A stretch of 62,997 nt of DNA, filler included, from Globobulimina sp. (Eukaryota): assembly GCA_003354225.1 (NCBI GenBank). It is 12 parts of 12 records of this genome, joined end to end, with 100 filler letters (N's around TTAATTAATTAA, not from the genome) between each part and the next. Parts side by side here need not be neighbours in the genome. Positions count along the whole stretch, not along the records: positions 10,542 to 15,707 come from PIVH01000688.1; positions 15,808 to 20,969 come from PIVH01000689.1; positions 21,070 to 26,231 come from PIVH01000690.1; 9 more parts are not named here. The stretch is one strand, 5' to 3'. Every line of letters starts with the position of its first letter. The stretch's first letter is position 1. This document shows positions 10,542 to 23,405 of this stretch, in pieces. The translations under genes were made by a program, and so were the position numbers. The notes under the pieces are model-generated. The model saw nothing but the letters and a program-made list of their open reading frames with translations, was not told the DNA's origin and made no database searches.

Positions 10542-13500
10542 AATATTCTGCCACACATTTAATGGAGACAGATTTTGCATGATTTGCATAAAAATAACTC
10601 GTCCAAAAGCCATAGCTGCCGCGTGCATCCAATTCAACATTGCTCGCATTATTTGCATAGATATGCGAATTCGCAATGCCATATTCATGATTTCCTACAA
10701 TACTGACTTTATAACTATTGGTTGCATTCAATGATAAATAATTACAAACATATTCATAATTATTTTCTGTCGATTTACATGACAATGACACACTATACGC
10801 TGTATTTGCAATAATTTTCATATTGTTACAGCTTTCACTTCCAACACACTCAACCTTTACATGACCATGCCAGTTTTCATAGTTTTCATATGTATAAATA
10901 ATCTCTGCATAATAGCAGGCGTACTCCGATTTGCATTCAATACTACACCCATTTGCTGGACATAAAATGCGTGAATATTCACAATAATTAGCACCTTGAC
11001 ATTGTACGGTTAAATAATTATAATTTGAACCATCAATAAAGCCATCTGCACATTTTCCATAATAATCACAGGCCACAGCACAATTTTCGCCGTCTGTACA
11101 TCCTAATCCGTCCACAGCCCCTACACTTGCATAACATCGCGAATCCTGCGCAGAGTTGTCGTAAATTGAGCTGTTCATTACCTTATAACATTGACAATAA
11201 TCATAATAATCGTAAGAGGTTGAAGATCCATAACAGGTTGAACTTTGTTGATAGCCTAAAACATTACAGTATAAAGTGAATGAATAAATACATTCAGATA
11301 AACTTTGACATTTATCACATCCCATACTTGTTATTCTTAATCCGGTTGCATTTGTATTTAAATATATCGCTCCAATTTGATAGCATCCATCTCCAAAGCA
11401 ATTTAATTCCGTATTGTATGGCACATAATAACTGCTGGAATAACAGCCGGATGTATCGGTTTCGGAGCCACAGTTTAATTGCACTGACTGTGCATATTCC
11501 GCATGAATAGTGCTGGCATAAAATGATTGTGTGCCAAAGGAGGCGAGTACTAAATTGCCAACATTTTCTACATTGAATGTTGATGACGACGACGCATATT
11601 CATTAACAAAATTAAGAAAAACATTTCCTGCATTTTGCGCATTTAATACCATTTGATAGCAAACCCCAGAATAGTCGTTTTTATCTGCTTTACAATAAAT
11701 ATCTATTGTATCCGCATATTGCGCATCGATTATCATATTATTGCAGGAATTCGCCCCTTCGCAGTTTATAAAAATATTACCGGAGTATGGATACAAAATA
11801 TGTGCATTTGAACAAACTGCGGAAGAATTACAATTTATGAAACATCCATCCGTTGGACATTGGATTAATACATTTTCGCAGTAATTACTATACATACAAT
11901 TCACTGTTAAATAGCTGGAATCTGCTACATCAATCACAGAATTTATACAATCACCATTATTATAATCGCAGTTTACAACACAATCTTGTCCCGACACAGA
12001 AGTACATGTTTTTGCTTGTAACGGCCAATAACAATTTCCGTCGGTTACAGAAAATGCAAATTGAGCATTATTTACAACTTTATTACATCCGCAATCATCA
12101 GAATAACAGCCATCATAACCCGAATAATCGTCGCCATAGAAATGATCCACATTACTTCCTACATTACAGTACAGAGAGAAATCATAAATACAATCGGTAA
12201 ATGATGTACATTGTCCGCATGAATACATATTGAGAAATAAAGCACCATTTACGTCATTGGGTGCTGGGTAAGAATAAATATTTGTTAATTGATAACAGCC
12301 ATCACCATAACAATTGAATTCTGTATTGTATGGTATATACCAAGTATTTGAATAACACGCTACAGAGCCACTGTCTGACGAACATACAACACTTAAAAAA
12401 CCTGCATTTTCTGCACGTAAATAGCTATTGTAAAATGCATAACTTCCAAAAGCAGATAACGTCACCGTTTGTGCATTATTAACATTCCAATTTGATCCAG
12501 ACGAACAATATTCATCTCGAAATGCGAGATTCACCTTCTTGGCATATTGTGCATTCAATGTGGATTGATAACACACATAGTTTTGTTCATAATCCATAGT
12601 ATTACAATCAATATCGACTCGATCTGCATATCTTGCATCAATTATTAAATTCTGACATGCATAATAATCTGTACAATTGATCGACACTCTGCCATAATCA
12701 GATAATTCTCCATTGTATACAATCTGTGCTCCGTTGCAGCTGTAATATCCTTTACATGTAATATTACATCCACCGGCTGGACAATGTATCAATGAATCGA
12801 CACACTCAGAATCAACACAATCAACATTCAAAACATTAGAATCTGTGCCATCAATAAAGGTATTGGAACAACTGGAACCTTGACTGGACATCACAGCACA
12901 ATCTATACTGCAGTCGTCGCCTGGATTGCATACTATTTTACTACCTTTATAATACGGACAACAATATGCTATTCCTCCATATTGGCATTCGTAATCATGA
13001 AGAGTCATATTATAAACGTAATATACTGTCGATTTCTGTCCATCTTGGCAATTAACATTGAGGTTAACACAGCCATCACTGTTTGGGAAAATCTGTGCGG
13101 AGGGACATGAAACATGCAAATAGCCGTAGGTATAGCCATCGGGCACGTAGATTTTCATTGCATTGCAGGTATTGACATCCCCGCAATCCTGACAACAATC
13201 AATGGAGCACGCGTTTTCATAACGATACGGACAATAAACATTCGCTGAAGCACAGGCACTCGTATTGGTGCAACGTAAATCTAAGGCCGTAACTTCGCCA
13301 AAATTAACTGTGGCACTCGAACAGGAAACTGTTGTTGTATGAATATGATATATTATTATTATACAGATATACAGTACGTAGAGCTCGTGTATACTTAACA
13401 TTTATCATCACAATCTACCGTAGCGGCCAATAAATTAGAACCATAAAAGTTGGCTGAATTGCAGTCATATTGACTGCAATACACTGTTAAAGAATCGCTT

Positions 13501-15641
13501 TGAACACCATTTAAACCAAAATGGCCATAAATATTCCAGTTGGAATAATAACAAGCACCGTTTGCAGAAGCAGTGGTCTTTAATGGATTGGAACACATAA
13601 TATTTATATTAGTATTCGGTTGCGTTGATATAAGATCAACAGATACGGCGTTGCAGGAAGCCACAGCAATACAATTTATATCCGCATTATTACGTATTTC
13701 TACATCAATGTCCATGCCACGACAATCGACACAGTCCATAGTTAAATCAGTAACAGTTGCATCAATATCTAAGCTCCGACAATATACACAATCAATCGTT
13801 AAATTATTAATCGAAGAGTTTGCTGCGTTTAATACAACCGACGTACAAGCACCAGATCCACACAATAATTGATAGGAATTAATATTTGTATTTGACGGTA
13901 ATGTCATTGTAGAAGTACACGAAGATGACGCAGGACATTGCCATACCAATGAATCTATGAAAGGCGAAGATATCGCAATATCCATATAATGACAACTGGT
14001 GCTGGATAAACAAGATAAAGTGAATGAATTTAAAATATCGGATTGTAGATCTAATACGGAATCACGCATTGAATATGAACCACTCGATTCAATGTATACA
14101 TCATTAATGGAGGTACAATGTAATGATACTGCAGCGTATTTGCATGCCTCTGTCGAAGCACAATCTAAAACAAAAGTATCCATAATATTATTGTTACAAC
14201 TTTCAATGGTCGTATAGGATAAAGATAATGCCGTTGTACCACTGCTAATGTTGCATACGGTATAATCATCGGTTGGACATAAGATTTTTGAACCTGAACA
14301 ACCTAAGCCACCACACTCCAAATGCAATGAATTTGCCTGTGTTGCATTAATATAATGATTTCTGCACATTGTTGATGAGCAATCAATCTATGTATATATT
14401 TATAGAATTTTTTGAGCGGAGTTCCGATTGTCACCGTTTTTGTGTTCTGGTTTAAATGTATTGTTTCGGTGAAAAACGAAAATTGTTCCCGAGTGCGAGG
14501 ACATTTATTGAGTTTTAATGCGAAATTGCGTACATAAAGACTTAACATGACAGTTTGAGCCAGGGGAACAGGTTATATTTCCTTCATAGACTGGGCAACA
14601 TTCATAATTATCACATTTAAAATAATTATTGGTCACATCGTATGATAGTTGTGTTGAACTTATACCACAGTGAAAATCTGCATTAACACATGAAGTATCG
14701 ATGGTATTACAAAATAAATTTAAACCATTATATTGATTGTGAGGTATTATAAATTGGGCGTTATTACAACTATTCGCTGCCACACAGTCAATGTTACAAA
14801 TATTAGGAACATCTATAATGGGACAAGCAATATAAATGTTGTTACATCCAGAGTCTCCATTACATATAACTGTGGCCATTCCAGTCATATAATTTGCCAA
14901 TAAATTTGCGTTTGAACAGGATTGAGCGCCATTACATGACAATAATACATCGTTAGTCATAGAATTTGCATAAATTGACATTGAAGCGCATGATTGCGCG
15001 CCGTTACAAAGAATATCTAATTGATTCGTCATTTCATTCGCAAATAAGTTGCTTGATAGCAACGCATAAAGTCCTTCTGTATGTATCGAGACAGAAGCTG
15101 CATTATTTACATATATATCGGACGTAGCACAGCTATATTGACCTAAACAATCAATACTTACGGAGGATGATTGAGATGCATTCAAAAATAAATTATAACA
15201 TGTGCCGTCTGTCGCAGATGTTGTTGCTGAATAATTACATGCTATATTTACATTGGTTGTTTTATCTGCGTATATTTTGCCGGTCTCGCATGACTGTACG
15301 CCTTCGCAATACATGTTTAATGTGGTTGATGGTCCAATTACTGATAATTCTTCGCAGGACGAATCTGCCAGACATTGTATAGTTAATGTGTCAGCGGATG
15401 AGGCATCGACTTGAATCGAAAAACATGCGTTGGCTTCACCACAAAGAATGTGACAATTTGTAGTTCCACAATTTATTATATCAAATTGAAAGTGTGAGCC
15501 AACAGATGTTACATAAAATTCATCAGTGGACGTTGCGTTTGTTGGTGGTTGGATTTCAGTTTGTCCATAGACAATATTTATCAAACAAAATAGTCTAAAA
15601 CCTACCCCAAACGAAAGCATTGGAGTGAGAAGATTTTGCAT
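10542..15641 (-). CDS. Giant secreted Cys-rich repeat protein (>1600 aa); 3' truncated, 2 introns
   Basis: Signal-like N-terminus and dozens of xIxCxxxxSC repeats. Introns 14546-14388 and 13399-13329 (both GTTAAG donors) fuse three ORFs in frame. Confidence 0.85.
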
Positions 15642-15808
15642 TTCAAGTATTGGTTTGTGAAAAAAAATCCTTGCGCCTGACTTGTGAAAAAAAAAACATA
15701 TTATTAANNNNNNNNNNNNNNNNNNNNNNNNNNNNNNNNNNNNNNNNNNNNTTAATTAATTAANNNNNNNNNNNNNNNNNNNNNNNNNNNNNNNNNNNNN
15801 NNNNNNNT

Positions 15809-16000
15809 GTAAAATTCCGCAGTGCGAATGCTGAATCGTTCCGGGTCAATATGATGAATAGCAAATTATCAAAGACAAACAATCAAAACAGTGCAGCCAA
15901 TCAATTACCATTTAAAAATCAAAGAAATCCAAACAAAGTGATTCAAGCACAGCGAAGACAAAAGAAAGAACAAAATAATAATAATCATGCTGTTGAATAA
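15809..16000 (+). CDS. LINE ORF1 C-terminal fragment
   Basis: AESFRVNMMNSKLSKTNNQ...LPFK aligns with AESFRVNMVNNKLAKATNQ...LPFK at the end of the 929-aa ORF, with synonymous differences (GCT/GCA, TCG/TCT, CGG/CGA). Confidence 0.85.
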   Translation, partial: VKFRSANAESFRVNMMNSKLSKTNNQNSAANQLPFKNQRNPNKVIQAQRRQKKEQNNNNHAVE

Positions 16001-16426
16001 TAATTTAAAAAAGAAAAGATTAGCAACCAACCAAGATTTAATTTATTATGTATATACCTATAATTATAATAATTCCTTTTTATCTTATTTCCATTTAATT
16101 CCTTTATTAATTTTTCTTAGTATTTCTCTCTTATTATGCCATGCCATTAAAATTGTGATTGATTGTACCAAAGACAGAGACCATTTTATTACAACGGATT
16201 CGCACTTTGAAATATTATCTCATTGCTTTCCGATAATTGTAACAAAATACTCTACTTTACCCTATTTTACCTTTTTTCTTTTTATGCTATCCAATAATGC
16301 CCAATCAAGTCATTTAATAATTCAATTACAATGCTGTCAATATGTTGGCGTGTCTGCCAGTTGCAAAACTAAAATAAAAAGTAAAATAAAACTCCTCTCT
16401 AAAACGCCCCTAAATTACAATAAAAA

Positions 16427-19400
16427 ATGGTAAAATATAATATATTACAATATAATGTTAATGGAATAATAAATCCATCAAAAATGTCTCAGGAAGATAA
16501 ATGTCACACAATATACAAAATAATGCACTCAAAACAGATTGATCTCCTACTTATACAAGAATGGAGTGCAACCCTTAGATTTGCAATAACTCCAAAAAAG
16601 TCTTCCTATATAGACAAGAATAACAAATCGCACTCCGTTGAATTCCCTATACAATATTTTCCAAAATATAATGTACATTATACGGGTACAGAAACAGCCA
16701 TATTATACAGAGATACTTTGTCCATAACTCCGATACCATCCCCACCAAACTATGACCGCCAAAATCGAACCCAAAATTGCCATATAACAAGTGTCATATT
16801 ACATTGTGGGGATCAAGACATTGGAATACATTCTCTATATAATTGCCCAAGAAATCCAAATATAGATCAACTGTTTGATTATCCCCTATCAGTTGACAAG
16901 AATTTCATTGCCGGCGACTTTAACCTTTCAAATGAAATCTGGGGAAGCAATAAATCAACAAAAGAATCCGATAATTTTATAGATGGCCTTAATTTCCTTA
17001 AAATGCAAATTCTAAATACAACAAATCCATCATATACTCACATCCATAAATCCTGCCAATCTAAATCATGTATTGACTTATCATTAATTTCCGATAATTT
17101 GAAGCATGTAAAATGGAATATACTTCATGCATTGTATAATCCTGATTGTTCTGACCACGTTCCCATTGCTTCTACCTTTGAAGTTGAAAACGTGTTTGGT
17201 TTCAGTGAAACAAAAAAAACTTGGAACCTATCTAATAAACATAAATGGATAAAATACTCAGAGACATTAACAAATAATATAGAAAATACAACATTTGATC
17301 AAGACCCTAATATATATACTGAACAACTTACATTTCTCATCCTATATACTGCAGAACAATCCATTGGATACAAATATTATTACCGTGGCCATAAACCATG
17401 GTGGAATAATAAAATAAAAAAATTCAAAAAACGATGCAAAAGACTACGACGAAGAATACAACGAATGAAGCGTAATGCAAAAAGAAAATGTACAGATTTC
17501 CATATTTTCCCTAAATATATTCGAATAAAACATGAATTAAACCAATTACAATCCAAGAAATATAAAGCTATTAATAAAGCAAAATCCAAATATAATGATC
17601 GCATTAATAAATATATACAAACTTGTAAAGATTATGGACGCCGTTTTTGGCGAACTATCTCAAATAATAAATCTAATGATACCAATACCAATAACATTCC
17701 ACCATTAAATTATAAAAATAATATCAATATAACTGATGCATTCGAACAAGCAAAACTATTACAAATGGCCATGACGAGACCGCCCAAACCTAAAACAAAT
17801 CAAATCCATCATAATTGGCATAAATATGTTAACAAATATGTACCAAAATTCCTTAAACAAAATAAAAACTCTGCAATAATAAATTCAAATGATTCTCATA
17901 ATATCATCAAAAACAAAATAGATCAAAATAATATCTCTGATCTAAAAACTCCCTCACAAATAAACACCAACATTCCTTTAAATAATAACAAATACCAAAT
18001 ACTAAACGATCCTATACTAAAATACGAGATTCGATCAGTGATAAGAAAGCTCGATACACATAAAGCATATGGACCTGATCGAATCCATAATCAAATGATC
18101 AAACATGGAGGAGAATCCCTTATTAATTGCCTCCTTCCATTGTTTAATAAATGTATGACTAATGGAGTGTTTCCTAGCTATTGGAATTTCTCCCATATTC
18201 TCCCAATCCCGAAACCATATAAAGATCATAGTAATCCAAAGAACTACCGACCCATTGCGATCTCGTCGTGCCTAGGAAGAGTTTTTGAAAAGATACTCGC
18301 AAATAGACTTCAACATTTTTGTGTTGAAAACAGAATTTTTGATAATTTCCAGTGCGGATTTCAAATAAACCGCTGCTGTGACGATGTACTTACAACATTT
18401 ATCACTGATATTCAAACTTCATTTGATATGGTCAGTGATACGGATGCCGTTTTTACGGACTTCTCAAAAGCTTATGATAGTGTGTGGCATAATGGATTAC
18501 TATATAAATTAATTAAAAATAACATAAAAGGTAATATATTGAATGTATTAGCATCATTTATACAAACAAGATATACGAAAGTCATTGCAAAACGTGCTGA
18601 ATCAAATTGGGTTGCTCAGCCAATTGGTGTCCCCCAAGGCTCAGCGCTATCCCCTATACTTTATATAATATTTACTAATGATTTCAAATTACAATTCCCT
18701 AATTATGTACATTTTGCATGTTTTGCTGATGATACAGCGTTTTGGACCAGTCCTGGTTCCAAAGACCAAATCAGATACAAGTTCCTCCAAAAAGAAATTA
18801 ATAATTTTAGTAATTGGTGCGATAAATGGCAATTAATGCTCAATCCTTCAAAATGTTTATCCATGAACTTTTCACACGGAAATCCTATAAAATACTATCC
18901 TAAATATAATGAGAAAATTGATCCAATTTCAAATAAGAAATCCAAAATAAGTAAATATACTATTCATGACTCGCCAATCCAATATAAAAGTACTGCGAGA
19001 TACTTAGGCCTTTGGTTTGATGAACGTTTGAATTTTCACGCTCATTTCGCTAAAATTAAAGCAAAATCAATGCGTAGCTATTGGCGCCTATATTTCACCA
19101 TGAAATCAGGCATAAAACTGTCTCCTTTATCCATAGCAATCCTCTACAAATCATTGGCCAGATCCAGAATTGAATATGGATTAAGCCATTATTTCCCATA
19201 TGATTCCAACAATTTATTAAATACAATACAAAATAAATTCCTCCGTCTTGCCATTCCATGCCGGCTAGACTCACCAATTGATATACTCCAATTTATCCTA
19301 AAAATCGAACCAATAAAAGAAAGAGCACAATATTTAACCATGAGACAGCTTGCCAGAGCCTATTATAATGACAGCTACCATCCATTAAATAAAACGTATA

Positions 19401-20725
19401 AAGACCTTGAAAAATATAAACAAACAATTCAATCAAATAAATACCGCAAATCCAATAAAAATAAACCAAATAAATTTATAAATCTAAACAAAAATACATT
19501 AATAATTGCATCAAAACTCACTAAACAAAATATAGAAATTAAAGCCTTAACGCAAGATTTTAATAAAATGAAGAAAGTACAAATCACCTCCTCTCCAACA
19601 TATAATCTTAAATCACTCCCAACAAATTATGAAGTAATATTGAAACCGGCGGATCCATCCAATCCATCAGATCCTAAAATAACCATCGCATTTACTGATG
19701 GTTCATGTGTCCCAAATCCGGGAAAAGGTGGTGCAGCGACATATATTCCCCCCCAACCTTCACATAAAACGGCATATAAACAACAACATTTCTTCCCTAT
19801 TCCCATCACAATAACTACTGCCGAAATAGAAGCAATACATCTAATAATTAATTATATTATAAATTGCCCGAATAACCTACAAATCCATTATAAAATATAT
19901 GTTGATAATTTACCAGTTCTTCAATTCATTAATGGACAAAACTATCCAAAATATAATGATAATAAATTGCTAATTGAAAACATATTCATTAAATTGTTAC
20001 AAATCCAACAATTAAAACCAAATATTTATATATCATTTATCAAAATAAAATCTCATAATAATAACAAATTCAATGACGTTGTGGATAATTTGGCCAACTT
20101 TGCTGCAAATCATACAAAATATAACCAAAACTTATATAATAACATATCATATAATACCACAGTGACTCAGTTACATAATCAAATCCGATATAATTGGAAT
20201 AAATCCTGGCTTAAAAGGAATACACAAATAAACCAGGATAGCTATAAAATGTATATATACAATCCATCACTAAATAATAAATTAAATAAAATAGTTCGAC
20301 ACGTAAATAAAGATGAAGCTGCTCTAATAAATAGATTTATATCTGGTCATATCGAACTAAATGCATTTTTATATAAACATAACTTTACAGACTCAGACAA
20401 ATCACGAATAGAATCTCCATTATGTATAAAATGTAATACAAATTCACCAGAAACCATACACCATTATTTTATTAAATGTAATGCATTCTCCAATCAACGC
20501 AAACGAATGACCCAGTCCCTCAAAGAAATCTGGATTGGATTCAGAGATGGATATAAATACCAATTGGAGGAACTGTTCTTCCCATACACCATCAGAAAAC
20601 CCCCAGACATTGAGAAAGAACTAAATTTAGAGACTCAAGTAAAAATATGGAAAACCCTACTTCAATATATCAAAGAAACAAAAAGATTTAGCTATCTAAT
20701 TATCTATACCAAGTGGACCTATTAA
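16427..20725 (+). CDS. LINE ORF2: AP endonuclease, reverse transcriptase, RNase H and C-terminal CCHC finger (1432 aa)
   Basis: APE: YNVNG, IQE, GDFN, SDH. RT: NYRPI, QCGF, DFSKAYD, GVPQGSALSP, FADD, YLG. RNase H: FTDGS, AEIEAI, VDN, KSH...NDVVD. Finger: CIKC...HYFIKC. Confidence 0.97.
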   Translation: MVKYNILQYNVNGIINPSKMSQEDKCHTIYKIMHSKQIDLLLIQEWSATLRFAITPKKSSYIDKNNKSHSVEFPIQYFPKYNVHYTGTETAILYRDTLSITPIPSPPNYDRQNRTQNCHITSVILHCGDQDIGIHSLYNCPRNPNIDQLFDYPLSVDKNFIAGDFNLSNEIWGSNKSTKESDNFIDGLNFLKMQILNTTNPSYTHIHKSCQSKSCIDLSLISDNLKHVKWNILHALYNPDCSDHVPIASTFEVENVFGFSETKKTWNLSNKHKWIKYSETLTNNIENTTFDQDPNIYTEQLTFLILYTAEQSIGYKYYYRGHKPWWNNKIKKFKKRCKRLRRRIQRMKRNAKRKCTDFHIFPKYIRIKHELNQLQSKKYKAINKAKSKYNDRINKYIQTCKDYGRRFWRTISNNKSNDTNTNNIPPLNYKNNINITDAFEQAKLLQMAMTRPPKPKTNQIHHNWHKYVNKYVPKFLKQNKNSAIINSNDSHNIIKNKIDQNNISDLKTPSQINTNIPLNNNKYQILNDPILKYEIRSVIRKLDTHKAYGPDRIHNQMIKHGGESLINCLLPLFNKCMTNGVFPSYWNFSHILPIPKPYKDHSNPKNYRPIAISSCLGRVFEKILANRLQHFCVENRIFDNFQCGFQINRCCDDVLTTFITDIQTSFDMVSDTDAVFTDFSKAYDSVWHNGLLYKLIKNNIKGNILNVLASFIQTRYTKVIAKRAESNWVAQPIGVPQGSALSPILYIIFTNDFKLQFPNYVHFACFADDTAFWTSPGSKDQIRYKFLQKEINNFSNWCDKWQLMLNPSKCLSMNFSHGNPIKYYPKYNEKIDPISNKKSKISKYTIHDSPIQYKSTARYLGLWFDERLNFHAHFAKIKAKSMRSYWRLYFTMKSGIKLSPLSIAILYKSLARSRIEYGLSHYFPYDSNNLLNTIQNKFLRLAIPCRLDSPIDILQFILKIEPIKERAQYLTMRQLARAYYNDSYHPLNKTYKDLEKYKQTIQSNKYRKSNKNKPNKFINLNKNTLIIASKLTKQNIEIKALTQDFNKMKKVQITSSPTYNLKSLPTNYEVILKPADPSNPSDPKITIAFTDGSCVPNPGKGGAATYIPPQPSHKTAYKQQHFFPIPITITTAEIEAIHLIINYIINCPNNLQIHYKIYVDNLPVLQFINGQNYPKYNDNKLLIENIFIKLLQIQQLKPNIYISFIKIKSHNNNKFNDVVDNLANFAANHTKYNQNLYNNISYNTTVTQLHNQIRYNWNKSWLKRNTQINQDSYKMYIYNPSLNNKLNKIVRHVNKDEAALINRFISGHIELNAFLYKHNFTDSDKSRIESPLCIKCNTNSPETIHHYFIKCNAFSNQRKRMTQSLKEIWIGFRDGYKYQLEELFFPYTIRKPPDIEKELNLETQVKIWKTLLQYIKETKRFSYLIIYTKWTY

Positions 20726-21069
20726 ATTTATCCCCGATCATTTCGGATTAGGAAACTATTGTACTTTGTACTAGTTCCAAATATTTTTATTTACCTTTGT
20801 TCATTGGCCTCAACCCCAAATAAAAGGGCCTATATCCTTGTTTTGTGTATACTATTTATTTAGTGTTCCTCACTTGTGTATTTGGTGAAATCTTTAATTG
20901 ATTTCTTAGTGTTTGTATTTGATAATTAGCGGGACAAAGTCCCAACGATTGGAGGAAAAACTAAACTCTNNNNNNNNNNNNNNNNNNNNNNNNNNNNNNN
21001 NNNNNNNNNNNNNTTAATTAATTAANNNNNNNNNNNNNNNNNNNNNNNNNNNNNNNNNNNNNNNNNNNN

Positions 21070-21294
21070 TATTTTTTTAATATGTCTATATCCTCCGTTT
21101 CCTCCGTTTCCTTGTTGTCCATAGTCGTTGTCACCAATAGAATATAAATTAAATATGTTGTATGTTGTATAATGGAATGCATGAATGACACTAATAATAT
21201 CCATATGGATGTATTGATATTTATATTTTCTGACATATCCACTTACTAATAATTGGAACCGCATTTTCCTTGTAAAGAGGGCATATGTTGACAT
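21070..21294 (-). CDS. RCC1-like protein, N-terminal fragment (paralog of 25832-26231)
   Basis: MSTYALFTRKM...YSIGDNDYGQQGNG; inverted near-copy of 25783-26046. Confidence 0.7.
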
Positions 21295-21512
21295 GTTCAG
21301 AGCGTTGCAAAACCTGAACGAGACTAAGGAACTGTAGGTATTTCGTTATGCTGTTTTAATACTTTGAGTAGAGATGAATCTCAAAGTAAGCAAATCCTGA
21401 TTTTTTATTGTATACCAAGTCTCAAAAAGAAGCTGCAAAATATGGATTGACAACCAAAATATTGCAATACTGTATACTTAATTAGCGTATATAAAAAATA
21501 ATAAACAAATGC

Positions 21513-23344
21513 TTAGTTATATTTACACAAATACTGAACAGTTCCACCACCTGGTCCTTGACATGCATTTCCTTGACCATTCACAATATGTTGAATTGAG
21601 CCTTGTCCATTTAACCAGACACACAAAGAATTCTCAAAATGAAACGCTGAGCCGCTGGGCGTCTTGATCCCCGTCGCAACATTCACCGCACTGTCCCGCC
21701 AATACGAATACACTCCAATACCGTACCCTCGATGCGATTTCGCAGTATCCATCACATGATACGCCGCATACCCTCGATCCCCATAATTTGCTTGCGTCGC
21801 ATCATACGGATACTCGCTTTGATAAAAAATAACCGTTCCATTATTGCCATACCACTGCACCAAATCGCCCAAAGTATGTTCCACCGCCAAGCCGTACGCA
21901 ATGCCATTATCGCCCCAATACTGCAAGCCATTCGCCACTGGATTTTGACTGTTCCGCACAAGTCCAGAGACGCCATGGTCCGCTCTCCAATACCACGTAT
22001 TGTCAATCACCACATTGCCGCTGTTAATCTGCACCATCACATCCACAGACACCTGATACTGATTTGGGTCATTGGTGCCGCCCACTCTCGCAAACGAATC
22101 GTATAAAAAGCCAGGATTGCTCGGATTGCCTTTGTCCACCGAGCTGTTGGTCGCCGCGCCCCATCTCAACAACGTCGCCGATCTGGTCCGGCCCGCTTGC
22201 ATCAACACCGCGGCAATTTTCACGCCGGCAATGCCGCTCTCCACAGTAATCACAGGATTACCGTTCGCCGACGCCAACACTGGAAAGCCCACACCCAATA
22301 TCACCGTATTTGCCTTGGTCACCGTAATGGGGCTGGAAAGCGCGTAATTACCGCCACATAAAACCAAATGTTGCCCCGCGGCCAACGCGGCGTTGATGGT
22401 CGCAATGGGCGTCTTGTCAGTGGCCACTAAGACGTCCGCGAAATCTATGCGAGTGCCCGCGTTATAATCGGTAGTGGGGCCCACTGAGTTGAATTTTAAC
22501 GCGGGTACAAATATGGAGTACTTGCCATTGTTATACACAATGTACGGCTTCTCTGCGATGACGGGAGTACGGGTCACCTCAGTCATTGGCGCACCGCCTT
22601 GGTTTCCACAATGACTGCTGCTTTGACCTGGATGGTGTACATATTTTGCATGTACATGCTATGTTATTTTGTACATACTGTACCTGTGCAGCCCGAAAAC
22701 ACCATATTCCACACACCGCCATCCCATTGCCCAAAATGAGCATTTCTGAAAAAAAATTGTTGCTGCGAGCCAGGGGTTACTTTACCGGAAACAGAGACGT
22801 CTGCGAGATATCCACCCGACGCATAGCCCGCAATGTCGCCAGAAATGTATTCAAATAATAACAGCGCGCCGTTGATCACGGCTCTCCGTAAAGGCGCCGC
22901 TTGCGAGACCGCCCAAAGCATTGCGTTTGAGTTTCCAAACCAGGTTTTTGTGGGCGATGAGCGAAATCCTTCTGCGGAACGCCAGAAATCTGATAATGCG
23001 CCGTTTGTATTCTCGAGAGAGCCATCTTCGACCATCACATTGCCGATGGTTACATCCGAAGGGGATTGGCCTACGCCCACCAACGAGGTGTAATAACCTA
23101 AGAAAACATCGATATTGGCGTAAGAGCCTGGCGTGAATAAGAAGGCATAGCGCGAATTGGACCATTGGCCATGGTCATCGGGGGATTGCCCTCCATTTTC
23201 GGCATATACTTTATTTACTACTTGTTGGATGTTGGAGTCGCCTGGTTTGAACACATAAATGTTGGCCGGCCATGTTGGAGGATTGGGTTGAGTTAAGGCG
23301 TGCGACCTTGTGAATAAGAGTGCTAATACGAAGAAAGCTAACAT
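21513..23344 (-). CDS. Secreted GH55 exo-beta-1,3-glucanase, bacterial (Streptomyces Lam55A-like) subtype, 1 intron
   Basis: Signal peptide. Motifs RYAFLFTPGSY, FWRSAE, WAVSQAAPLRR, ASGGYLAD, SQQQFF, WNMVFSG, EKPY, WRADHG, GLAVEH, FYQSEYPYD. Intron 22683-22628 joins the two ORFs in frame. Confidence 0.88.
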
Positions 23345-23405
23345 GACGACACTGGCAGTGGGGAAATTAAAATTTGGTGACAGTGAGGTTTTTTATATAA
23401 CGATA

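Larger units (their letters stand above)
15808..20914 (+). mobile_element. Non-LTR retrotransposon (APE-RT-RNase H type), 3' part: ORF1 tail, spacer, ORF2, 3' UTR
   Basis: Intact ORF2. ORF1 tail homologous to the ORF at 27735-30524. Strong A/C strand bias. No poly(A) tail; the 3' boundary is placed at a 19-mer shared with the other copy and is inferred. Confidence 0.93.

Noticed and set aside
16141-16236. Dicistrovirus IGR-IRES, HDV or hammerhead ribozyme assignment
   Set aside because: Only superficial resemblance (UGUGAU, GAGA/UCUC). One candidate helix is not conserved between the copies, and no catalytic core motif was found.
15987-16433. A third, transmembrane ORF in the LINE (also 27479-27769)
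   Set aside because: Hydrophobicity follows from the U-rich tract, the starts differ between copies, and substitutions are mostly non-synonymous. Kept only as an alternative to the RNA-element reading.
16427-20725. Bacterial retron, group II intron, DGR or defence RT
   Set aside because: The APE + RT + RNase H + CCHC layout and a gag-like ORF1 identify a eukaryotic non-LTR retrotransposon.
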